Shown: positions 42,708-51,580 of the stretch, in pieces
Numbering within the stretch: position 1 is the stretch's first letter
Layout: every line of letters begins with the position of its first letter
Source: Bacillota bacterium
Lineage (GTDB): Bacteria > Bacillota > UBA5301 > Bu52
Reading direction: 5' to 3'
DNA length: 64,000 nucleotides
Assembly: GCA_014896355.1 (NCBI GenBank)
Contig: JADBKO010000020.1
Coordinates: forward strand, 21,852 to 85,851
Program-made: the position numbers and the translations under genes
The notes under the pieces: model-generated
The model's database searches: none
The model's input: only the letters and a program-made list of their open reading frames with translations
What the model was told of the DNA's origin: nothing

Positions 42708-44147
42708 ATGGCGGAAACGGCAGTCAATGAGCACCCCAACTCCGACACGGAGAGCCTCCGGGCGGCGCTGCACCGGGTGCACGCGCTCTTGGAAAGCGCC
42801 CGCAAGCGCGTGGGCGAGATGGAGACTGTGCGGGTCAGCGGCAGAGTGGTCCAGGTCATCGGCCTGACCATCGAATCCATGGGGCCAGAAGCTCGCATCG
42901 GCGAGCTGTGCTGGCTTTACCCGCGAGGCGCCGGAGCGCCGGTCCAGGCTGAGGTGGTGGGGTTCCGGGACCGCCGGGTGCTGTTGATGCCGCTCGGGGA
43001 CATGGAAGGCGTGGCGCCCGGCTGTGAGGTGCGGGCCAGCGGCCAGGTTTTCCGCGTGCCGGTGGGCCCGGAGCTGTTGGGCCGCGTCCTGGATGGCCTG
43101 GGACGGCCCATTGACGGGCGTGGTCCCCTGACTGCCGTGCGCTTTCGGCCGGTCAGCGGCCATCCGCCCAATCCCTTGGCGCGGCGGCGGATCGACAGGC
43201 CCTTGGAGTTGGGCGTGCGGGCCGTGGATGCCTGCCTCACCGTGGGCCGCGGCCAGCGGATCGGCATTTTCTCCGGCAGCGGCGTAGGCAAGAGCACCCT
43301 GTTGGGGATGGTGGCGCGCAACACGGCGGCGGATGTGAATGTGATTGCGCTGGTGGGCGAGCGCGGCCGTGAGGTGCGGGAGTTTCTAGAGACGGACCTG
43401 GGTGAGGAGGGTCTGCGCCGCTCCGTGGTGGTGGTGGCGACGTCCGACCAGCCGGCGCTGGTGCGTCTGAAAGGCGCACAGGTGGCCACGGCCATCGCCG
43501 AATTCTTCCGCGACCAAGGCCGCGACGTCATCCTGATGATGGACTCTGTGACGCGCTGGGCCATGGCCCAGCGGGAGGTGGGCTTGGCCATCGGCGAGCC
43601 TCCGGCCACCCGCGGCTACACGCCCAGCGTGTTTGCCAACTTACCGCGGCTTTTGGAGCGCTCCGGCATGGGCGAGCGGGGTTCCATCACTGGGCTCTAT
43701 ACCGTGTTGGTGGACGGCGATGACCTCAATGAGCCCATCGCCGATGCGGTCCGGGGCATCCTCGACGGTCATATCGTCCTCAGCCGGCAACTGGCCGCCT
43801 TGAACCATTATCCCGCCATCGATGTGCTACAGAGCGTGAGCCGGGTCATGGAACACGTGACGGAACCTGCCCACCGGCGGGCGGCGGCGCGGTTACGCGA
43901 GGTCCTGGCCGTCTACCAGAATGCCCGCGATCTGATCGAGATCGGCGCCTATGTGGCGGGGTCCAACCCGCGCACAGATTGGGCCCTGGGAAAGATCGAG
44001 GCTGTGAATCAATTCTTGCAACAGGATCGGGATGAACGCTGCACCCTGCCGGAGGCAGTGGCTGCTTTGGAGCAACTGTTTAGCGACGAAGGTGGCGGCG
44101 CAGGGGCGGAAGGCCAGGGGGCGGCGGCAGAGCAAACCAGAGCCTGA
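42708..44147 (+). CDS. fliI: Flagellar export ATPase FliI
   Basis: GSGVGKSTLLGM, GERGREV, DSVTR, GEPPATRGY. Confidence 0.98.
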   Translation: MAETAVNEHPNSDTESLRAALHRVHALLESARKRVGEMETVRVSGRVVQVIGLTIESMGPEARIGELCWLYPRGAGAPVQAEVVGFRDRRVLLMPLGDMEGVAPGCEVRASGQVFRVPVGPELLGRVLDGLGRPIDGRGPLTAVRFRPVSGHPPNPLARRRIDRPLELGVRAVDACLTVGRGQRIGIFSGSGVGKSTLLGMVARNTAADVNVIALVGERGREVREFLETDLGEEGLRRSVVVVATSDQPALVRLKGAQVATAIAEFFRDQGRDVILMMDSVTRWAMAQREVGLAIGEPPATRGYTPSVFANLPRLLERSGMGERGSITGLYTVLVDGDDLNEPIADAVRGILDGHIVLSRQLAALNHYPAIDVLQSVSRVMEHVTEPAHRRAAARLREVLAVYQNARDLIEIGAYVAGSNPRTDWALGKIEAVNQFLQQDRDERCTLPEAVAALEQLFSDEGGGAGAEGQGAAAEQTRA

Positions 44148-44179
44148 GCACCCCGCCAGGTGGGAGAGGTTGACCAAGG

Positions 44180-44680
44180 ATGGCTGTATACCGGTTCCGA
44201 TTGGAGAAAGTCCTGGATTACCGCAAGGACCAGGAAGAGGCGATTTGGCAGCACAGCGCCCTGCTGCAGCAGGAAGTCCAGCGCTGCCAGGACCTCCTGA
44301 GTGCCAGCGAGGCCCGCAAGGCCGAGGCTCTGGCCTCCCTGCGGGAGATGTTGCAGCAGGTGGTCGAGGCGGGCCAGATCGTACGCCAGAGGGCCTATGT
44401 AAGCTGGCTGGACGAAGAAGTGCAGGCGCGGCGGCGTGACCTGGCGGAGGCCCGCAGGCGTCTGGAAGAGTGCCGCAGCCAGCTGCTGCAGGCGCATAAG
44501 GACCGGCGGGTGCTGGAGCGACTTAAAGAACGGAGCTGGGAGGCGTTCTGCCAGGAAGACCAGCGCCAGCAGCAGAAGGCGCTGGATGAGGCAGCGGCCA
44601 ACGGCTTCCTGCGCCAGACAGCTCTCCAGGGCGCAGGTGTAGGTGCAGGCAGAGGCGAGGGAGGCGGCGGGCTTGGCTAA
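44180..44680 (+). CDS. fliJ: Flagellar export protein FliJ
   Basis: YRFRLEKVLDYR...LERLKER...QKALDE; follows fliI. Confidence 0.92.
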   Translation: MAVYRFRLEKVLDYRKDQEEAIWQHSALLQQEVQRCQDLLSASEARKAEALASLREMLQQVVEAGQIVRQRAYVSWLDEEVQARRRDLAEARRRLEECRSQLLQAHKDRRVLERLKERSWEAFCQEDQRQQQKALDEAAANGFLRQTALQGAGVGAGRGEGGGGLG

Positions 44681-45224
44681 GCTGGCGGGATTGGGCCGGT
44701 GGATTTTGGCCATCGTGGCGTTCCTGGTGGCTGCGGCAGTACTCATGGGATTCCTGGATTTTCTGGGACTGGTGAACACAGGGGACATGGCCCTCAGCGT
44801 GGCGGAAGCTCTGCCGTTTACCTCCCAGGCTGCCCATATCTACCGGCTCGGTCTGCGGGACAAGCAGGCGTTCGATCAAGAACGGCGGGACATCCAGAAC
44901 ATGATGGCCAAGCTGGAGGCGCTTCAAGCCCAGGTGCAGTCGCAACAACAAGGTCTGGAGGCCCAGAGGGCACAGCTGCGCCGGGACCAGCAGCAGGTGG
45001 CCAGCGAGAAAGCGTCGCTGGCGGGCCAGCAGAGGGCCGCCGCCTTGTATGGCGCCATGGATCCGGGAAAAGCGGCGCAGATCCTGGCAAACCTGGATGA
45101 GCGGGAGGCTGCGATCATGGTGGCCCACCTGGATGACAAGAAGGCCACGGCCATTCTGAGCAACATGCCGCCGGAAAAAGCCGCCCGGGTGCTGCACCTT
45201 CTCGGGCAGGGGCAGCTTCCGTAG
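44673..45224 (+). CDS. MotE/YlxF-like flagellar protein (MgtE N-domain-like)
   Basis: N-terminal TM, coiled coil, LYGAMDPGKAAQIL...ILSNMPPEKAA; fliJ-fliK position. Confidence 0.82.
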   Translation: MAKLAGLGRWILAIVAFLVAAAVLMGFLDFLGLVNTGDMALSVAEALPFTSQAAHIYRLGLRDKQAFDQERRDIQNMMAKLEALQAQVQSQQQGLEAQRAQLRRDQQQVASEKASLAGQQRAAALYGAMDPGKAAQILANLDEREAAIMVAHLDDKKATAILSNMPPEKAARVLHLLGQGQLP

Positions 45225-45338
45225 GGGGGTCCGCCCCTGGAAGAAGCATAATGTCCGCCTGCATTAGGACGGGCGATCCCCGCCCCCGGATGCAGGCGAG
45301 GCCCATAGGACAGTCTGCGGAGAAAGGAGGTGACACGA

Positions 45339-48071
45339 ATGAGCAACATTCAGTGGATCGGAGAAGGCCTGGAACCGGTCAATGCGCAGCGGATGCCTGA
45401 CGGCGGGCCGGCGCTAGCCAGGCTGGCGGCGGAACGCGCCCTCTCGGCGTGGGAGCCGGGGCCGCAGCTGAGTTCCTTCGTGGACCATCTGGCCCAGGCA
45501 GCCCGCGAAGATCAGGCCGCGGGCCGCAGAGAGGTGCCGGGCCGGCCGGCACTGGAACCGTGGCGCCGGGACCGGGGCCGGCCGCGGGAAGCGTCTCCGG
45601 TCGAGCGGGAGCAAACCCAATCAGTGCGGTCACCCGAAGGCGACCAGGGGCAGCAGGCAGCAAAAGTCCGCGAGCACCGTCGCAAGCCGCAACGGGCCGA
45701 AGCTGTGGCGCCGCCCCGGCGCCGGGAAGCGGGCACGGGTAAACCGGTGGATGGCGAGCCCACCTCCGGTGCCGCGGCAGCCGCGGTCGCCCTGAGCGGT
45801 CCTGAGGCGGTGGGCCGGGAGAACCAGATCGCCGTTGCACCGCATCCGGGAGATGTGGCGCCGGGAAATGGGGGAGACCCGGGCACCGCGTCCGGCTGCG
45901 GCGTCGGCGGGAGCCAAAGCGTGCCTGGCCAAGCGAAGGCAGGCGGGGCAGGCATCCTCGCGGGCGCTGTGGCTTCCGGGGCGCAAGGAGCGTCCCGAGA
46001 TTCAGCGGACCGGCAGGCACGGGCCATGTCGCCTGGCGCAGGGCCACAAGGATCCCCGGGTATGCGGGGGACGGTCGACTCCGGCGAGTCTCTGCTGGCG
46101 ACGCTGCTTCGCTGGGTGCAGGGGCAGCATCTGAGCCAGCGGGAGCTGGCGCTGCTGCGCCAGTGGGTGCCTGGGCTGGCGGACCTCAATGCGGCTACGC
46201 TGCAGAATCTGGTGGAGAATCTCTACCGCATGGCCCAGCAAGGCTTCCGCTCCGATGCCCCGGGGGCCGCGGCAGGGAGGCTGTACGCCTCCGCAACGCC
46301 GCTTTGGGGATCCAAGCCGGGCGCCATGTTGGCCGCCTTGCTGGCGCAGATCTCCGGCGTAGCAACCCGGGGAATCGCCGCGGCCGGCGCTGCGAGCGTG
46401 CAGGCCCAGACTGGAGCGGTTTCGGCCACCGCCGGTGAATTCGGGCTGCACTCCGGAACCGGGGCCAACGGCGCCCAGACGGCAGCCGCTGCCGGGCCCT
46501 GGCAGCAATTGGCCCAGGTCCTGGCCGCAAAGATGGCGGGCAATCCGTCCGATGGCCCTTCCGCCACGGGTATCGCGGGTACAACGTGGGCTATGACCGG
46601 AGCGCCGCAGGGGCCAGGGATGGAGACAATGGCCAAGGCCATCCTCACGGAGCTGTGGCGCGGTGCCCAAGGGCAGTCCGGCCCACCGGTGCCGGGGTTG
46701 ACCGGCGCAGGCGCGGCCGCTGAAGGCCAACCTGCCTTGCCGCCTCTGGTGGCCGCAGCTCTGGCAGAGGCGAAAGCTGCCTATTACCGGGGTACGCCAA
46801 TGACCCAAGGCGCCCCGGTCCAAAGCGGCATGGCCGCCGGTGCAGGTGGCGGAGGGCAGGCGCAGGCCGCACCTGGAACCCTGCCCAGCAATGCGGGCTC
46901 CGCCGGGATGGGAGCCTCCAGTTCCACGAGTTCCGCGGGATGGGGCTTCCAAACGGCCGCGGGACTTGCGGCAGCTGCGCCGCATCTGCGGGTGGCGCCG
47001 CCGGGGGCGCCCGGGGCCGGCAGCACCAGTTCCCTGGCAGTACCCCAGGCCGTGGCACCGGGAACAGATCTTTTGAGCGCCGGAGCCGGCTCGGCGGGGC
47101 TAAGCGTAACCGGTGCTCAGTCCGGCACTGACGCGACGCAAGGTTCCGTGGCCGCTGGTGCGACGGGCGGCGCCTCTGTCCGGAGCACCGTGGGCGCTCC
47201 CTGGCCTGGAACCATCCGGGGCGGAAGCGGCCTGGGAGCCTCCAGGGAGGGGATGATGCCGGGTGCAATTCCCGCTGCCCAAGCTACAGCGGGCGCAGCG
47301 GGCCAGGGACAACAACCCGGTACGGCCGCAGGGTCGGGTGGACACAGCTTCTCCTCCGGCCTTGCCGCGCAGGATTCCGGCACGAGGTCGGGGCAGACTG
47401 CCCAGTCCGTTGCCGAATCTGCCGGTGCTCCGGGCGGCTTCGCCACGGCCATGGGCCAGGCGGCTTCCGGCGTGGAAAGCGTACCATGCCAGCCTGGGGC
47501 TGCATCCCCGGCCTCGGTGCCGGGCGGGCGGGCGGAGGCAGCATCCGGCAACCCGGCTTCTGCACACGGGGCTGCGGCGGCGCCCAAGGAGGCTTTGGCC
47601 CAGGCATCCTTGCCGGAGCTGGCAGATAAGCTGGTCAGCGCCGCGAAACTGGCTGCGGTCAACGGGGAGACCCGCCTGCACTTGCAGCTGGTGCCCGAGA
47701 CCCTCGGCAGAGTCCTGGTGGAAATGACCCTGCGCCATGGGCAGTTGCAGGCCAACTTCCTGGTGGACAACGCGCAGGCGCGCCAAGCCCTGGAGGCCCG
47801 CCTGCCGGAGTTGCAGCAGAGCTGGCAGCAACAAGGCCTTCAGGTGGGCCAGATGGCCGTGCAGGTTGGGCAGCAATCTGCCGGCGGGGCACAGCAATTC
47901 GCGCAGCCATGGCAGGCCTGGAATTCCGGCGCCGCCCCGGCCACGGCCTACGCCGCCGGTGAGCGGGCAGGTTGGGCGGAGGCTTCCGTAGCCCAGCAGC
48001 AACGGAACGCCGTTCGGCAGATTGGTGCGGCCTACTGGCTTCCAGATGGAAGCTTGGACGCCCTGGCATGA
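45339..48071 (+). CDS. fliK: Flagellar hook-length control protein FliK (910 aa)
   Basis: C-terminal LQLVPETLGRVLVEM...ARQALEARLPELQQSWQQQGL; Ala/Gly-rich body; precedes flgD. Confidence 0.9.
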   Translation: MSNIQWIGEGLEPVNAQRMPDGGPALARLAAERALSAWEPGPQLSSFVDHLAQAAREDQAAGRREVPGRPALEPWRRDRGRPREASPVEREQTQSVRSPEGDQGQQAAKVREHRRKPQRAEAVAPPRRREAGTGKPVDGEPTSGAAAAAVALSGPEAVGRENQIAVAPHPGDVAPGNGGDPGTASGCGVGGSQSVPGQAKAGGAGILAGAVASGAQGASRDSADRQARAMSPGAGPQGSPGMRGTVDSGESLLATLLRWVQGQHLSQRELALLRQWVPGLADLNAATLQNLVENLYRMAQQGFRSDAPGAAAGRLYASATPLWGSKPGAMLAALLAQISGVATRGIAAAGAASVQAQTGAVSATAGEFGLHSGTGANGAQTAAAAGPWQQLAQVLAAKMAGNPSDGPSATGIAGTTWAMTGAPQGPGMETMAKAILTELWRGAQGQSGPPVPGLTGAGAAAEGQPALPPLVAAALAEAKAAYYRGTPMTQGAPVQSGMAAGAGGGGQAQAAPGTLPSNAGSAGMGASSSTSSAGWGFQTAAGLAAAAPHLRVAPPGAPGAGSTSSLAVPQAVAPGTDLLSAGAGSAGLSVTGAQSGTDATQGSVAAGATGGASVRSTVGAPWPGTIRGGSGLGASREGMMPGAIPAAQATAGAAGQGQQPGTAAGSGGHSFSSGLAAQDSGTRSGQTAQSVAESAGAPGGFATAMGQAASGVESVPCQPGAASPASVPGGRAEAASGNPASAHGAAAAPKEALAQASLPELADKLVSAAKLAAVNGETRLHLQLVPETLGRVLVEMTLRHGQLQANFLVDNAQARQALEARLPELQQSWQQQGLQVGQMAVQVGQQSAGGAQQFAQPWQAWNSGAAPATAYAAGERAGWAEASVAQQQRNAVRQIGAAYWLPDGSLDALA

Positions 48072-48131
48072 GACCAATGAAGGCACGCATGAAGTCACGC
48101 ATGAGGCCGGCGAAAAGGAGGTGCAAAACCC

Positions 48132-48578
48132 ATGTATGTCTCCGCAGCAGCACAGCTGATGGCGTTATCCCAGGCTACGGGGACCCAGACGGCCGCTGGT
48201 ACACAAGATTCCGCGCAGAAGCCCAACGATCTGGGCAAGGACGACTTCCTGAAGCTGCTCATCACGCAGCTCCGCTGGCAGGATCCCACCCAGGCCATGG
48301 ACGACCGGGAGTTTGTTTCCCAGCTGGCGCAGTTCAGCACCTTGGAGCAGACCCAGAACCTCTCCAAGAACCTGGAAACCCTGCTGGGGGCGCAGATCTT
48401 CAGCCAGCACCTGGCCCAGGCCGCCAGCCTGGTAGGGAAGACCGTGACTGTGCTGGATACGGACGGTAAGGAAGTCAGCGGCAAGGTCAGCAGCGTGCGG
48501 GTGACCCAGGGAACGGTTTCTCTGGTGGTGAACGGCAAGGAGTACGCCCTGACGGACTTGGTGGCGGTGGCGGCTTAA
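48132..48578 (+). CDS. flgD: Flagellar hook capping protein FlgD
   Basis: LGKDDFLKLLITQLRWQDP, SQLAQFSTLEQ. Confidence 0.96.
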   Translation: MYVSAAAQLMALSQATGTQTAAGTQDSAQKPNDLGKDDFLKLLITQLRWQDPTQAMDDREFVSQLAQFSTLEQTQNLSKNLETLLGAQIFSQHLAQAASLVGKTVTVLDTDGKEVSGKVSSVRVTQGTVSLVVNGKEYALTDLVAVAA

Positions 48579-48635
48579 GCTTGCCAGCGGTGGCAGTGTG
48601 GCAGTGGCGGCGATGGAAGGGAGGGAGGGACGCAG

Positions 48636-49103
48636 ATGGACGGCACAAGCCTGGAGATCCGGCGCCTGAATGAGATGTGGTCTGGCCGGCCCGCCACAGA
48701 GAAAACGGCCAGAGCGGGAGCAGGTACAGATCCGCTTCGCCAGGCCGTGGAAACCACCCTGGCCGGCTGCGCTCCGCCCCAGAGTTTCGCCGGGGCTTTG
48801 CAGCAGGCCATGGCGGCCAACACCCGTGTGGGCGTCCGGGCCGGCGCCGGACCGCTGAAATTCTCCGCCCACGCCTTGAAGCGGCTGGCGGACAACCGCA
48901 TCCAGCTCACCGCCGGCGACATACAAAGGCTGCAGGCGGCGGTGGACAAGGCTGCCGGCAAAGGCGCGCGCTCGTCCCTGATTCTCATGGACCGCATGGC
49001 CTTCATTGTCAGCGTGGAAAACCGCACCGTCATCACGGCATTGGAGGAAGGACGGGCCCGGGAAAACGTGTTCACCCAGATCGACAGCGCGGTGATCACG
49101 TAA
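48636..49103 (+). CDS. Putative flagellar operon protein (TIGR02530 / Flagellar_put)
   Basis: LKFSAHALKRL..I, AAGKGARSSL, NRTVITA, NVFTQIDSAVI; flgD-flgE position. Confidence 0.88.
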   Translation: MDGTSLEIRRLNEMWSGRPATEKTARAGAGTDPLRQAVETTLAGCAPPQSFAGALQQAMAANTRVGVRAGAGPLKFSAHALKRLADNRIQLTAGDIQRLQAAVDKAAGKGARSSLILMDRMAFIVSVENRTVITALEEGRARENVFTQIDSAVIT

Positions 49104-49183
49104 GGACGGGCAGGATCAGGGGCCGGCGAAGCGTATGGCGCGCCGGCGAAACAACCCGCAGCGCGGGCAGATTCAAATCTCAT

Positions 49184-49250
49184 AGCTGGAATCGGGGCTG
49201 GACCCTTCCGGGAGGCCCCCGCCGCAGAAAGACCGAAGCGGCGGCCAGCT
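49184..49250 (+). ncRNA. Candidate structured cis-regulatory RNA in the flgE 5' leader
   Basis: Three nested stems read directly from the sequence (see findings); ends just before the flgE SD region. Confidence 0.55.
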
Positions 49251-49271
49251 GGAAAGGGCAGGTGAAGAACC

Positions 49272-50501
49272 ATGATGCGCTCTCTCTACTCGGCTGTGAC
49301 CGGCATCCGCGCGCACCAGACGCGCATGGATGTCATCGGGAACAACGTAGCCAATGTGAACACCATCGGCTACAAGGCCGGGCGCGTGAATTTCCAGGAT
49401 ATCCTCTATCAAACGCTGTCTTTGGGCGCCCCACCCTCCAATGTGAGAGGCGGCGTGAACCCGGAGCAGATTGGCCTGGGCGTGGCCGTGGGCTCCATCG
49501 ACAGCCTCATGACGCCGGGGCCCATGCAGATCACCAATGTGCCGACGGACCTGGCCATCAACGGTGAAGGGTTCTTTGTGGTGAGCCCCGACATCAGTGG
49601 CGCCACCCAGTACTTCACGCGGGCGGGGAACTTCATCACCGACCGGGATGGGAATCTGGTCTTGCGCAGCAACGGCATGCACCTGTTGGGTTGGGTGGCG
49701 GACCCGAGCGGAGCCATCAATACGAACACGCAGCCAGTGGGCCTGCAGATCGTGCAGGGCCAGCAGATGCCGCCGAAGGCGACGGATAAGATCACGCTGA
49801 GCCGGAATCTGGATGCGAACACGGCTGCAGGCGGGACCGTCGACCGGCTGATCACGGTGTACGACCAGTTGGGGGGCCAGCACACGTTGCGGCTGACGTT
49901 TACCCGCGGGACGGGGACGCCGCCTCCGAACGCTTGGGCGGTCACCGCCACGCTGGATGGGAATGCACTGACGCCGTCTCCTGGAACCATGAATTTCAAC
50001 GCGGATGGTACGGCCAATACCACGACCCTGACGGTGAGCGGCCTTCCCGCCGTCTTTCCCGCTAACATCACCCTCGACGTCTCCAACCTCACTCAGTATG
50101 CGGCGGAGACGGCCATTGACGCCGAGCAGAACGGCTACGTGAAGGGTGACCTGAGCAGCTGGGCCATTTCGCCAGGCGGGGTCATCACGGCCACCTACAC
50201 CAACGGCATCAGCCGGCCCATCGCCCAGATTGCCCTGGCCTCCTTCAGCAACCCGGCGGGCCTCTCCCGTCTGGGCCAGACGCTGTTCCGGCAGACGCCG
50301 AACTCCGGCTCGCCGCAGATTGGCCCCTCCAACACCGGCGGCCGCGGCGAGGTGACACCCAACGGGCTGGAGGGATCCAACGTGGACCTCTCCAACGAGT
50401 TCACGGACATGATCGTGACACAACGCGGTTTCCAAGCCAACTCCCGCGTCGTCACAACTTCCGACGAGATGTTGCAGGAGTTGGTGAACCTCAAGCGGTA
50501 A
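49272..50501 (+). CDS. flgE: Flagellar hook protein FlgE
   Basis: MDVIGNNVANVNT.GYK, DLAINGEGFF, TRAGNF, LEGSNVDLSNEFTDMIVTQRGFQANSR. Confidence 0.96.
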   Translation: MMRSLYSAVTGIRAHQTRMDVIGNNVANVNTIGYKAGRVNFQDILYQTLSLGAPPSNVRGGVNPEQIGLGVAVGSIDSLMTPGPMQITNVPTDLAINGEGFFVVSPDISGATQYFTRAGNFITDRDGNLVLRSNGMHLLGWVADPSGAINTNTQPVGLQIVQGQQMPPKATDKITLSRNLDANTAAGGTVDRLITVYDQLGGQHTLRLTFTRGTGTPPPNAWAVTATLDGNALTPSPGTMNFNADGTANTTTLTVSGLPAVFPANITLDVSNLTQYAAETAIDAEQNGYVKGDLSSWAISPGGVITATYTNGISRPIAQIALASFSNPAGLSRLGQTLFRQTPNSGSPQIGPSNTGGRGEVTPNGLEGSNVDLSNEFTDMIVTQRGFQANSRVVTTSDEMLQELVNLKR

Positions 50502-50775
50502 TAGTCACCTACTGCGGGCAGGAATAGGCTGGCAACGGAGGAACGAAGAGGAAAATGCGGCATTACCTCGAAAATGCGCCCATTGAACCCGCTTTCCGCT
50601 GCACCCAGGGCGCCCGGGCCTGCGCCAAGGGCCCTACGCAGCCCCGGAACGCAGCCAGGCGCGCAGTCCACGGTGCCGCCTTCCCCTCCGGGGCGGACAG
50701 GCGGCGGCTGCCCACCCCCGCCCTCCGCCTGCCAGCCGGCCTGGCCCATACCGTCCTGGGGGAGGAGGCGCGGCC

Positions 50776-51015
50776 GTGATCGCCCTGCGCCGGTTGGACG
50801 GAACGGAGTTCGTCTTGAATGCTTTGCTCATTGAAACGGTGGAAGCCACACCGGATACCATCGTCACCCTGACCACAGGCCGCAAATATGTGGTACGGGA
50901 ACCGGTGGCGGAGGTCGTTCAGGCGGTGATTGCCTTTCATCGCTCCATCCGCTGCAACCATTCTCTGTATCGGTTCCGGCCGGTCAGACCAAGGACGGGA
51001 GGAGAAGGCCAATGA
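50776..51015 (+). CDS. flbD: Flagellar FlbD/SwrD-family protein
   Basis: MIALRRLDG.EFVLNA.LIETVEATPDTIVTLTTGRKYVVRE. Confidence 0.92.
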   Translation: MIALRRLDGTEFVLNALLIETVEATPDTIVTLTTGRKYVVREPVAEVVQAVIAFHRSIRCNHSLYRFRPVRPRTGGEGQ

Positions 51016-51458
51016 AACTGGATGGCAAGTGGGTCATATTTGGCGTCGCGCTGGTGATTTTGGCCAGTGTCGGCGGCGGCTGGGTCGTTTACAGCCTGGT
51101 GGCGGATCACCTTCCCAGCGCTCAGCCTCGGGGCCAGGCTATGGCCACCGAGAGCATCGGCCAACCCTGGGATCTGGGCGATTTCACCGTCAATCTGGCT
51201 GATCCCGCCGGGCGGCATTTTGCCCGCCTGAAGATCACCCTGGAGGCCATGAACCCCGAGGTCGTCACGGAGTTGGATCAGCGTAAAGCCCAACTGCGTG
51301 ACTTGGTCATCTCCGTCGTCAGTGTCAAGCGGTTGGAGGATGTGGCTACGGACCAGGGGCGGGAGATGCTCCGCTCGCAGCTTCTGAACTCCGTGAACCG
51401 GCTGCTACTCAAGGGGCGCGTCAAAGCGGTCTATTTTACAGATTTTGTGTATCAGTGA
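51012..51458 (+). CDS. fliL: Flagellar basal-body-associated protein FliL
   Basis: N-terminal TM, FTVNLAD, LRDLVI, VYFTDFVYQ. Confidence 0.93.
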   Translation: MKLDGKWVIFGVALVILASVGGGWVVYSLVADHLPSAQPRGQAMATESIGQPWDLGDFTVNLADPAGRHFARLKITLEAMNPEVVTELDQRKAQLRDLVISVVSVKRLEDVATDQGREMLRSQLLNSVNRLLLKGRVKAVYFTDFVYQ

Positions 51459-51580
51459 TGCGCAGCGACGCCGCCTCCCGATGCGGGCGGGCCTCGGTAC
51501 CGCGGCGGACTGCGGGTCGCAGTGCAAAGGGTTGCAGCTGATACCTGGCTTCGAGACTAGTCCTGGTGGAGGTAGGCCGG

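Noticed and set aside
48077..48107. 12-bp tandem repeat ATGAAG(G/T)CACGC between fliK and flgD
   Set aside because: Only ~2.5 copies with no spacers; not CRISPR-like and probably slippage
50776..51458. Absence of motAB between flbD and fliL
   Set aside because: Same as the B. subtilis layout, where motAB lie elsewhere; cannot be judged from this window
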